The position numbers and the translations under genes are program-made. A stretch of 64,000 nucleotides of DNA, taken from NCBI GenBank assembly GCA_002269645.1, contig NIVC01000702.1, positions 405,284 through 469,283 on the forward strand. The letters are read 5' to 3'. Position 1 is the stretch's first letter; each line of letters begins with the position of its first letter. Source of the stretch: Macrostomum lignano. Lineage: Eukaryota. The notes below the pieces were generated by a model. It did not search any database and was not told where the DNA came from. It saw nothing but the letters and a program-made list of their open reading frames with translations. Positions 29,001 to 39,489 of the stretch are shown here, in pieces.

Positions 29001-29869
29001 ATTTCATTTTAACCAGTTTCTTTTTAATTAAACAATAAATTTTCTGTGAAAGATATTAAAAAATATTGTTAGACTGTGACTCCTGCAGAACTCAGTTTTG
29101 GCGCCAATTTAAACTGTCTGCAAATTAAAACCTGTTAATTAAAACAAAACAAAATACGTACTAATGGATGAAGTCAGCTACTAGTACATAACTTAGACCA
29201 CAAATACACCAAAAACTCGTGTAATGGGAAACAAAGTAAGGAATAATATAATGGACTAATTTAACCATAAGCATATAGATGTCATGTGTGTATGCACAGT
29301 ATAAAATTTTATACTGTATTTACTGTAGACTCAATTTTTTTGTCAAATATTGGAGATTGTTTAAATAAATTCAACTATTCCGTATGGTAAATGAAAATTT
29401 AGCCCGAAATCTTAGATTTCATATGGCTAAACGTTAAAATAACAAGCAAAAATAATTAATTGAAAAACAACCAGTTACATAATTTAAAAATATTAGGAAA
29501 TGTATTCTTATATATAAAAGATCAGAATTGAGTATTTTGCTCGAGTTTCGCTCCGACAAAATAAGCACAAATAGCGTGCAATATACTGGATATTGTTAAA
29601 TAAAACAAGCGACATATCGCAGACTCGCTATCATACTACTCGTTTTAAGTGGCAGGCTAGTAGTATAGATTTTTAATTAAATAATGAAAAATCGAAAACA
29701 AACAAAAGAATATCTACAGCATTACAACAATAAAAGTGTCACAAACCAAAGTAAAATCCAGCTTAAAAACGATATCATTGTTTTTTAAACGGGTTAATTG
29801 ATATAACAAAGCTTATTATGTACAATGCTTGCCACTCAGTGTGGACTACTCAAAGTATTGTTGGTTGAA

Positions 29870-32800
29870 TCAATGGCCCAGTACGTTGCGCTGCCTACTG
29901 CATGTTCGCATGACTATGAATACGCTGAAAAGATTATTGAGTTAGTTGATTAATAAGTGTGGGTATGAGTATGACCTTTTAGTATTTTCAGTTTGGGGGG
30001 AGAGAAGATTGCTAGGGCTGGTAACTGGGTAGCTAGGGTCCGTAGCTGGGTTGCTACGATCGGTAATTGTGTTGCTAGGGGTGGTAACTTGCTTGCTAGG
30101 GGTGGTAACTTGCTTGCTATGATCCGTAGCTGGGTTGCTAGGGTCGGAAACAGGGTTGCTAGGGTCGATAACCGGGTTGCTAGGGTCGGTAAATGGGTTG
30201 CTAGGATCGTAACCTGGGTTGCTAGGGTCGGTAATTGGGTTGCTAGGGTCGGTAACCGGGTTGCTAGGGCTGGTAACCAGGTTTCTAGGGCTGGTAACCG
30301 GGTTGCTAGGATCGGTAAATGGGCTGCTACAATCGGTAATTGTGTTGCTAGGGCTTGTAACCGGGTTGCTAGGATCAGTAACCGGGTTGTTAGGATCGGT
30401 AATCAGGTTGCTGGGGTTGGTAACCGGGTTTCTAGGATCGGTACCCAGGTTGCTAGGATGGATAACCGGGTTGCTAGGGTCGGTAATTGGTTTGCTAGGA
30501 TCGGTAAACGGGTTTCTAGGATCGGTAACCGGGTTTCTATGGACGGTAATGTGGGCATCTTGTTTCTCAAAAAGAAAATGGTTGCCTGCCCGGGGATCGA
30601 AACAGGAACAGGGGTACCTCAAGTTGCCAAAAAAGCTACAAAAACAACAAACTCACGAAGCGGCCCCGAAGATGAAGCAGACAGCGTGAGTGATGGCGCT
30701 GACAACCGGCTGGGGATAATAATTATTAATCGATACCCAACAATAATAGGCCCAGTTCTGCCAGGTAGCTTCGCTGGCATCAACTGCGTAGGGCGAAGTC
30801 GCTACCGAGGAGGCCGTTTGGCGTCGCATCAGACCGCTCTTGCGCAGGCTGAGAGAGCCGGTGCTCGAGGCGGCCGATTTGCTACCACCCCTGTAGCCGC
30901 CGCCTCGCTTTGATCGCCCGGTTCCGGCGCTTTAGAATGGTTTCGATTTCGGAGTTTAGTTAGAGGGGTTTGCTAATAGAGGATGCTAAAAGTACATTTA
31001 GAAGGGATAAGGAATGGGCTTCGCTAATTGGGGGTGGGTGGGGCAGGTAGACAGTGTGTACATTTGGATTGGAGACTGAGGGGTAAGGAATGGGCATCGC
31101 TAATTGGGGTGGGGTAGGACAGGCGGGCAGTGTGTACATTTGGATTGGAGACTGAGGGGCAAGGAATGGGCATCGCTAATTGGGGTGGGGTGGGGCAGGC
31201 GGGCAGTGTGTACATTTGGATTGGAGACGGAGGGGCAAGGAATGGGCATCGCTAATTGGGGTGGGGTGGGGCAGGCGGGCAGTGTGTACATTTGAATTGG
31301 AGACGGAGGGGTAAGGAATGGGCATCGCTAATTGGGGTGAGGTGAAGCAGGCGGGCAGTGTCTACATTTATGTGAAATTTAACGTGGTATAAAAGCAGCC
31401 CGCAGACACTCACAAAGAGTGACCAGACCAGTCCCACAACCAGTCAGTGTTGTTTTGCATAAATTCGGCTGTCGCTTTGGATGAAGTCTAGAATTAGGAA
31501 TTAGAAAATATTTTCTATAAACCTAATTGATATGCGAGTCAACTGACTTGTGACAGCACTTTGTAGTGTAAAACTTACATTGGTGGTGGCTTCTTCAGCA
31601 AGAGCTGGAGGACTGCGACAATCGCCATAGATTGGACTGGCATTGCCAGACTGAGAGATTGACGATGCACCGCTGCATTGAGCCTCGCGCAGGAGGCGCT
31701 CCATGGCTCGCTGTTGGCTGCTCGATTGAAGCAATGCCTGATGCTGCTGCTGCATGTCTTCTTGAGCATCTTGGGTTGAGAAGTGAAGCTCAACCCAGGA
31801 GTCTAAAAAAAGAAAAAATTACATTTATGGTGCAGGAATTGACTGTTGAAAAGCAAGCTAAATTCTACTGATATTACCAAAACTGTTATAGGGGACTTGG
31901 GAATTTCTTGGAACTAGGAAAAATATTCTATTCTTATTATTGAGTATGTGAACAATACTCCTGGTAGCATCAAGTGCCCAAGTGCAAGACACTGTCTAAC
32001 TATAGCTAAATTCAGTCTTTGGGGGAAAGAGGGGAAGAAGGGCAACGCAATAGACCAGAGTTGCCTGGGAAATGGGGGCACACTTTCTAAAGGGAGAATT
32101 CTAATTTCTAATGGGGAATTTTGGCAAGAAGAGTAGACACTTAATAGGGATTGAGTAAGAAGGCAGAATGCCTAATAGATAAGGGGAATCTTAAGGGTTA
32201 GGGATAGGCAGAATGCCTAGGAAATAAAATGTCTAGGGTAGGAAGAGGCAGTACACCTAGGGAATATAGAATGTCTGGAAAGATGGACAGGCAAAGCAAC
32301 ACCTGTCAGTTATCAAATTTGGGAAAAGGAGATAGGCAAGATGCCAAGGGAATGGCTATACACCTAGGGAAAAGGGAGTAGCACACTTATTCCTAGGTTA
32401 GAAAGGCAAACCACCTCCAAATAAAGAGCAGTGACTAATACTAGCTATTTTTAGAACAAATGTTCAGTAGGCATATGCAAGCAAAAAAGCAAGTCTTCCA
32501 AAGGGAAGCTAGATAACTTTTTACTTTTAATATTAATATATATATATATATATTAAAATATATGATTCATTTATATATATATAAATGAATTTTATAAAAA
32601 TGGCTAACAATTAAAAAATATATAATACAAATTATATTTATATTTCCAAATTATATTTTGGTAGCATTTGTTGTTGATTTTATAAGAAATAAACCTATAA
32701 TTACAAACTTAGATAAGCCTAGGTTACGATGTTTTAAGTCTTAGTTTTTATTACATACTATTATTATCAGAACAATAGGCCTAGGCCTATACAATAATAA

Positions 32801-33221
32801 AATAAGGCCTAGATCTATAACCTATCATAGATTAAATTAAAAGTTATACTTAGACTTATATATTTTAAAACATGATGCTAAAAAATTCAAAAATAAAACT
32901 CATTTGGAAGATTAGTTCATTTTAGTTTTAGGTTGGATTTTTAGTATATACAATTGTATTTTTAAGAAAAAGTGCAACTATTATAATTCTTCCTCTCTGA
33001 TTCTAATAAATGAAATATACCTACTTTTTATAATTAGGCTTATATAGGCCCTGTGGAATTTAAAAAAGATTAACAACTTAGGACAACAAAAATCAGAAGA
33101 AATATTTACCACTAGACAAGGCTAATTTATCTTATACCATCAGGTTTCACATCTATCTGATATAAGTTAGGCCTATATGACTTTGCAACTTACCACTATT
33201 AGAATCAGTAGAAGTCATCAT
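29870..33221 (-). CDS. BNIP3: BNIP3/NIX-like mitophagy receptor; exons 33221-33194, 31802-31579, 31487-31414, 30929-30657, 29924-29870
   Basis: Spliced product MMTSTDSNSDSWVELHFS...MERLLREAQ...SPP...NTDWLWDWSG...SLSLRKSGLMRR...ITHAVCFIFGAASVFIVMRTCSRQRNVLGH*. It matches BNIP3 family motifs: SWVEL LIR, MEKILLDAQ region, DWIWDWSS, LSMRNT and a C-terminal TM helix. All splice phases are consistent. Confidence 0.88.
30005..30550. repeat. 21-bp array GGTTGCTAGGGTCGGTAACCG, BNIP3-like intron 4
   Basis: Direct reading; source of ORFs 29942-30622 and 29993-30913. Confidence 0.9.
31005..31370. repeat. 76-bp G-rich tandem repeat (~5 copies), BNIP3-like intron 3
   Basis: ORF starts at 31215 and 31291 are spaced 76 bp apart. 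Confidence 0.9.
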
Positions 33222-34389
33222 TTTATTAGTTTAATAGTTTAATAGTTTAAATGTGGCCTGCAGAATGCCGCTTTCTGTGATATGATATTATCTAAACAGT
33301 ATTCGACCAATCTTAAGAAGACTGGAACGAGGTTATGTCTTAACCGAAGTTGGTTGTTACTTGTTAGTTAGTAGAGAACCCTGTCTGCAGCGATACTTCT
33401 TGGAAATATAAATATGTGCTCTAATTTTTAAACTTCCCTTTCCTTAGGAACGATACTCTGAAGACTTGCTTTTGTGGTAAGCATAAATAGCAAATTCATG
33501 CATAAAATTTTGAAAAGAGGCTGTCCTCCAACACAATACGCACAATATACACACAGCCAGGTCGATGGTACGATTTCAGTGCATTCGATTTTGAACTTTT
33601 GAACGTACGAAGCACTTAAGCGAAAAATGCCAGTCAGCTGACAATATTTTTACCGTGCATTTGTTAGTAGAAAAAATTAAGCTAAGAAAATACTATATTA
33701 GTTGTAATTTTTCCAAATAAAATAGCAAAGATTTATTTATGTGCGTGTTTAAGATATTTGGTGTTTTACTGCTTGGTTTGTAGTACGAAATCCGTTGTTA
33801 AATTTATGCAGTAAATATAAATATCAACCCACAAAGATCACGCTAAAGTAACTTCTGCATCTATAGTCGCTGTAATTCCATGATTACCTAACTGAGATTT
33901 ATAACGCAACATTCACAAGTTTGTCAATCATATTGCGACATAAGTTGACAAAGTCTCTCCAACAATAACACCCTACTCTCCTTGCATGGATAAATCATGG
34001 ATGAAGCATCCATGATGCCATGTATGGATCATACCTGAACATGTATGGAGCCATACCTGATCATACATGGTTCCACGTAAACTTCATCCATGGTTACTTT
34101 CCATCCATGTACATTGATGTATGATTTTAAATATAATTTTCCTTACTACACTACTGTTAGTAGAACGCAATGTTTGCGTAGGTTCATTTTAAAGCTGAAA
34201 TTTTCTAAACAAATTCGGCAGCATCTTTAGTGCTGCTGAGAAATATGTTTCCATTCCCTTATAAATCACTTTCAAAACAAAAAAGTATCAGAACAAATAC
34301 TTATGCAATTAAATGTAGAAGTAATTGAAAACTCGTATGATGACCATTTCGAGACTTATATTATTAATGATAATTAGGCATAATTCATT

Positions 34390-34862
34390 TCAAAGTACTG
34401 TAAGAAAAAATAAGACAGCTCAGTCTCAGAGAGCTTTAAAATACAGAATGGACAGAATTTGACGCATTTCAAGGTACTGTAAGAAAAAATAAGACAGCTC
34501 AGAGAGCTTTAAAATACAGAATAGACAGAATTTGACGCATTTCAAGGTACTGTAAGAAAAAATAAAACAGCTCAGAGAGCTTTAAAATACAGAATAGACA
34601 GAATTTGACGCATTTCAAGGTACTGTAAGAAAAAATAAAACAGCTCAGAGAGCTTTAAAATACAGAATAGACAGAATTTGACGCATTTCAAGGTACTGTA
34701 AGAAAAATAAAACAGCTCAGAGAGCTTTAAGATACAGAATAGACAGAATTTGACGCATTTCAAGGTACTGTAAGAAAAAATAAAACAGCTCAGAGAGCTT
34801 TAAGATACAGAATAGACAGAATTTGACGCATTTCAAGGTACTGTAAGAAAAAATAAAACAGT
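34390..34862. repeat. 73-bp tandem repeat (~6 copies) inside the EnSpm element, downstream of the transposase
   Basis: AAGGTACTGTAAG recurs at 34471 and 34544. Confidence 0.9.
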
Positions 34863-35190
34863 AAATTTTACTGAACAGTCAATAAATAGAATTAGCCGAA
34901 TTCGGTACGCATTAAGGGCAAGGGCCGACTAATCCTTTACGAAACGAAGTTAATGCTGCATTAGTCAATTATTTGCGCACAGAAACTTGGAGATTTTGAA
35001 TATGGAGAGATCGGACAAAGAGAGGTAACGGTGGGAGTCTGAGAGGGAGGAAGTTGGGCATCTGGAAAGTTATTCTGATTCCCTGATGGTTTTATCTTGG
35101 TCATGGAGCATAATTTTATTTTCTGCCAGACTTTGCAGCATTAATAATAAAATAATCGGATCTAAGGTACGGACACATACTCGTACCTTT

Positions 35191-37489
35191 TTAATCATGT
35201 TCAAACTCTTTGAACAATGGCACAGCGCAATAACAGTCTTTGCTGAACGATTCTACTGGAACAGCGATGCAGGGTCGATCGACCTCTGAAAAATTAACTA
35301 TACGTTCGCGTCTGGCCGATCTGGGCGCATTAGACAGGGATATCAATACAAAATTGAATGTCGAAGACTTTTTGAACATGGATTCCAGCAATGCTTTCCA
35401 ATTAAGTAAATCGATGGGGAAAGTTGCTGCTGGTACTCGTAAAACAAAATCAAACAGCGAACCAATGGGATCCAAAATTTGCACTCGAATAGTATTAGGC
35501 TCGAGGAACTCTGCAATAGTGCAGATTTCGCCGGACTTCAATTGGCAAAGATGGTTAGAATTTTTCGACGCACAAGCTGAGCTTGTCGAGAAAAAATGTC
35601 CATTAAAATAAGCAAGTGAGTTTCGAAGAATACCATGTGGCCTGGATGGCTCTAAAGATATAGAGTTAACTGCATCCACTACAATAGAGTCCTTAACACA
35701 AGAAAAGTAGTGATGTAGCAACTTTTGAAACAAAAACTTGCGAACAAGCTGTGGGCCAAATGACACAGTTCCGCATAAGAACTTTTTGAACATGCCAATG
35801 GAGCTCTCAAATGCGAACATAGAATAATTAAATACAGGTCCGTACAATTCGTACTGTTCAGCCATATGCAAAAGCAGGTGGAAATTAAGGCGGAGTACTT
35901 TCGGTCCGAATATTTGCTGAGCATTGGAGATAAAAGCTTTGCATAGCTTTTCGATATCAGTCTTATTTGATTGGGGGCTATACAACATGTGATAAATAAG
36001 AACTAAATTAGTTAACAGCAGTTTCAATGGAAAATGCGAAATTCTCTGCAAAAACGTAGGAAGAAGAAAGTATAGCGCAAAGTTTTTAAAATGCTTTGCT
36101 TTCCAATCTGAAAAGCCTTTAAAATTTGTGTTGATTGTGATGCTAGAAGGAGTTATAGATTGACGAATACAATTAGATATGAAATCCATGCAATTAGCTG
36201 AGCAAAAATACAACTCGCGCCTGTTTGCAGGTAATGACAGCTCTTCTAGTAGATACTTGGTGTGGCCTTCGAAAAAGCAGTGTAAACTGTCAATAGGATT
36301 GCAGCTGGGAAACGGAACATAGTCTAACAAGCAACTGCGCATCTTTACGCCAAAAACAGGCCGATTTCGAATTTGTGCGAGCCGACAGTGTTCAAGATGG
36401 GAAGATGGGTTTCTCAAAGGAAACAAGTAGCCTTCACCATAGCGGAAGATCCAGTTTTTACCTTTCTCGGATACTTTAAAGCTCTCACCTGGGTGCAAGC
36501 ACCTAGGACAGCTAAACGCACCATTGTACTGGTGAATGCAGAAGAGCTTAGCAAGAGCGGGCAAGTCACAAACAAAGAGTGTGTAATGGACATGAACGGT
36601 GTATTCCGAGAATATAAACTGTTTTGGCAAATTGTTCATAATTTCAGACAGAAAAGACTGGAAATGCGGGACTGCCTTCGATGAAACAAGAGCAATTAGA
36701 ATTAAATTTGCAAAGCGTTGACGGATGTAAACAGGAAGGTTTAGAAGTTGAGCCTGAAATGGCCAAAAGCTACTCTGAACAGATTAAAAAAAATTGGCGC
36801 CATCAGCTGAGATTAGAAGATGCAAGTGAAGCGACTTGCCAGAAGATAGGCTTAAGCCTTGTTCTTTAACTATTTTGGAATTCAAAACGTCTGTGTTTTT
36901 ATCCTTTTGCAATTCTTGCTCATACTGCAGAATAGTTGAAGTGTGGCTGCTTAAGATAGTCCGCAGCTGTGGAACAATATTGAGCTGTGTCACAGCAACC
37001 TTTGACTTTGGGGAATGAACCTGACACTGGCTTTTGCATTCTGGGCAAAAGCCAAATTCAGACACGTCACTATCATCAAGAGGGCAAGTATCTTGAATCA
37101 ATGATTTGAGCAACTTGACGCTATGGAAGAGCTAGAGAATCTCTACTAAAAATAGAAAGTAGCTTCAGGAGTCTATCAAGAGCAGCCTCTGAAACTCCGG
37201 AAGTAATTGCCCACTGAAAAATCAGAGCCGCCTGCACACTGGGATCTGAGATGGAAGCCAAATTCGCTAAGCTATCTGAACTCTCCTCAAGCACAGGCAC
37301 AGCATTGTTTTCACCAATAAAAGTTTCCACAGCGTCAGGACAGCTGTGCGAGTGCGTTACACCGGCTTCGCTTGAAATTGAACTCCTATTACTTGTAGAA
37401 AAACTATTTGAGGGAGAAGAAATCGCCTGACAAGAGTAGGCTGAGTAATTAGTAGAAAGAGAGTGCTCAGATTCTGATTTACTAGACAT
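35191..37489 (-). pseudogene. EnSpm/CACTA-type DDE transposase, disrupted (frameshift ~37121, in-frame TAA 36786-36784)
   Basis: Motifs FCPEC, LISADG (D1), SFWP, CPRC, PIDSLH (DxxH), NFHLLLHM, YGP and SMFAFES (E). The frame runs NFF*SVQSSFWP straight through the stop. Confidence 0.88.
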
Positions 37490-37538
37490 AAAAATAGCAA
37501 TTCAAATATTCAAAAGTTACTAGAATTTTTTCCGCAAT

Positions 37539-39489
37539 TCACGGTCCCATTCGCCTTGAGCGGGAAATGGAATCCCCTGACTCGGGTCCAGAAGCAGCAG
37601 TTGAAGTTCGCTTTCTCGCCCGTGTCTCCTCCCTGGCCAGCTGATTGAGATGGTCTCGTACAGACTTCCAGATTTCGTGGAAGTCGTAGCCAGATGTTCG
37701 ATAGCACAATTGAAGCAAACCTGAAAATTCACGAGTATAGTAAAATATTTTTACAATAGACATTGTGTACTGTGTTTATAGTAGAAATAGGCTAAATTTA
37801 AAAGGAAGTTGATTTATGATGCTAATCATTAAATAGGTCAATGGGATGTATTGAACTTTAGAACTATTTTTCCTCAATTTCTTTTATCTCAGACCTAAAT
37901 GTGTTTTTTTAGAAAATATCCCAAGTATTGGATTCAGATCATTTAGCATTAATTAGCCTAAATTGCTTTATAATAAAAAAATTGCACAAAACTGTGAAAA
38001 AATTATATATATATATTTACGTTGAAACTCTGTCACATGCTCAGATGGAGCAGGCCTTCGGGAACTGCGAGCACCACAGGATGAATCGATTATATGCTCA
38101 AGCAAGTAGCCTTCGCCAAATCGCAGCTTGATATACCTTCGGAGGAACACCTTAGGATCGTTGCAAAGAATTGAAGACAGCTCAGCTAGGGAACCATCAA
38201 TGCACCTAAATTCCTAAAAAATGTTATTATATAGTAGAACTTTTATACTACAGACGTGATGCTGCTGATGCTAAGAAAAAACTGACATACCTCATTTTGG
38301 TATTCTTTAATTGTTAGCATTCCACCAAAGTTGTCATCCTTTTTTAAAAGTCGGCATATCCTTGCAGCAAGACGCTTCTCAAGAGAAAGCAACTCGGATT
38401 GAATGAACAGTTTTAGATCTAGAGTAAGATATATGCTCATATATAAAAATATGGTGATTTTGATTTTTAATAATGTGATTGTATCATATTAAAAAAATAA
38501 AATTATACCTTTCATTGTTGCATCCGATTCACTGTTTACTATCTGTACCCCTCGGAGGGGTTGCACTTCTTGAATTGCACCTAGTGATAAAAAAGGCTTA
38601 TTGCTACAAAAATATTGACTCATTTGGTATTTGGTTTTCAATTAGGTGTAATACAATATACAAACTTGATTCCAAGAGGCCTGTGGCACGAGCTTGCTCA
38701 TTTTCAACCAAAGATGCCTCTCTCTCAAATGCAGAAATGGCTTTTTCTAAAAAATAATAATTAATCAAATAATACAACAAAAAAAACAAATTGCAAACAA
38801 TTAATAGTTCATATATATTGCAGTTTTACCCATTGATTGAGTAGCTGGTATCGCCAAATTTGGTTCGCCACTTTCACTATCCACTTCATAAAGCTCGTCA
38901 AGTAGTCCATGCTGATGACAACTAGAACTTGAAGCAACCTGCTTTGAACTAGATGACCTTATTGTCCTTACATTTGCAATGCCAGCTTGGGGATCTTTCA
39001 TTGCAAAAAGCTCAATAGCTTGGCTAATCAATGAATCAGTATTTTCAGCCTCACTAACCAAGTTGGAAAGTTGGTTCATAGTTGAAGCCATTTGCCTTTC
39101 ACTACCTTTTGCCACAAGTGTAGCAGAAAATAGTTTGCCATACATGCGTAAAAAGACTTTAGTCCCCTAAAATATAATTTAATAAAGTAATATTACATTT
39201 GTAGTTGGAATAATTTGTTTTAGAAACCATGTACTCAATAACAAAATATTATGCATATAAATCCAACTTAAAATCTTACTTGTGCAAGTTCCAACTTTTC
39301 ATCATTAGTTATTGTACTTGGCCAATAGGGAGACCCAAATGCAATGGTCACATATTGCTCATCATGGCCAACATTGTGAAGAATAAAGCAGAAAAACAAT
39401 GCTGAATTGTCATTTCCAAATTTAGAAGTACTTTTTGTCTGCTTTCGAAGAGGCCTAGAATTAGATGCACTTAATCCAATATCATCCAT
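37539..39489 (-). CDS. Transposon accessory gene (about 7 exons) with C-terminal BEN/DUF4806-like domain; one apparent frameshift near 39150
   Basis: AT-rich GT-AG introns with consistent phases (LELAQ|GTKV, M(G)|EKAI, ES|SAIQ, MK|DLKL, QNE|EFRC, EFQ|RLLQ). The C-terminus VFLRRYIKLRFGEGYLLEHII...RRPAPSEHVTEFQRLLQLCY...EIWKSVRDHLNQLAREETRARKR follows the BEN helical pattern. The domain call is by eye. Confidence 0.65.

Noticed and set aside
30709-30735. Possible 27-nt GT..AG micro-intron in BNIP3-like exon 4
   Set aside because: In frame, stop-free and very short; cannot be distinguished from coding sequence without RNA data.
29942-30913. 306-aa plus-strand and 226-aa minus-strand (PSNPVTD) ORFs
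   Set aside because: Produced by the 21-bp array in BNIP3-like intron 4. The acceptor at 29925 gives the expected TM completion.
34074-34079. TACGTG (HIF-type site, minus strand) in the transposon end upstream of the BNIP3-like gene
   Set aside because: A single 6-mer is expected by chance every few kb.
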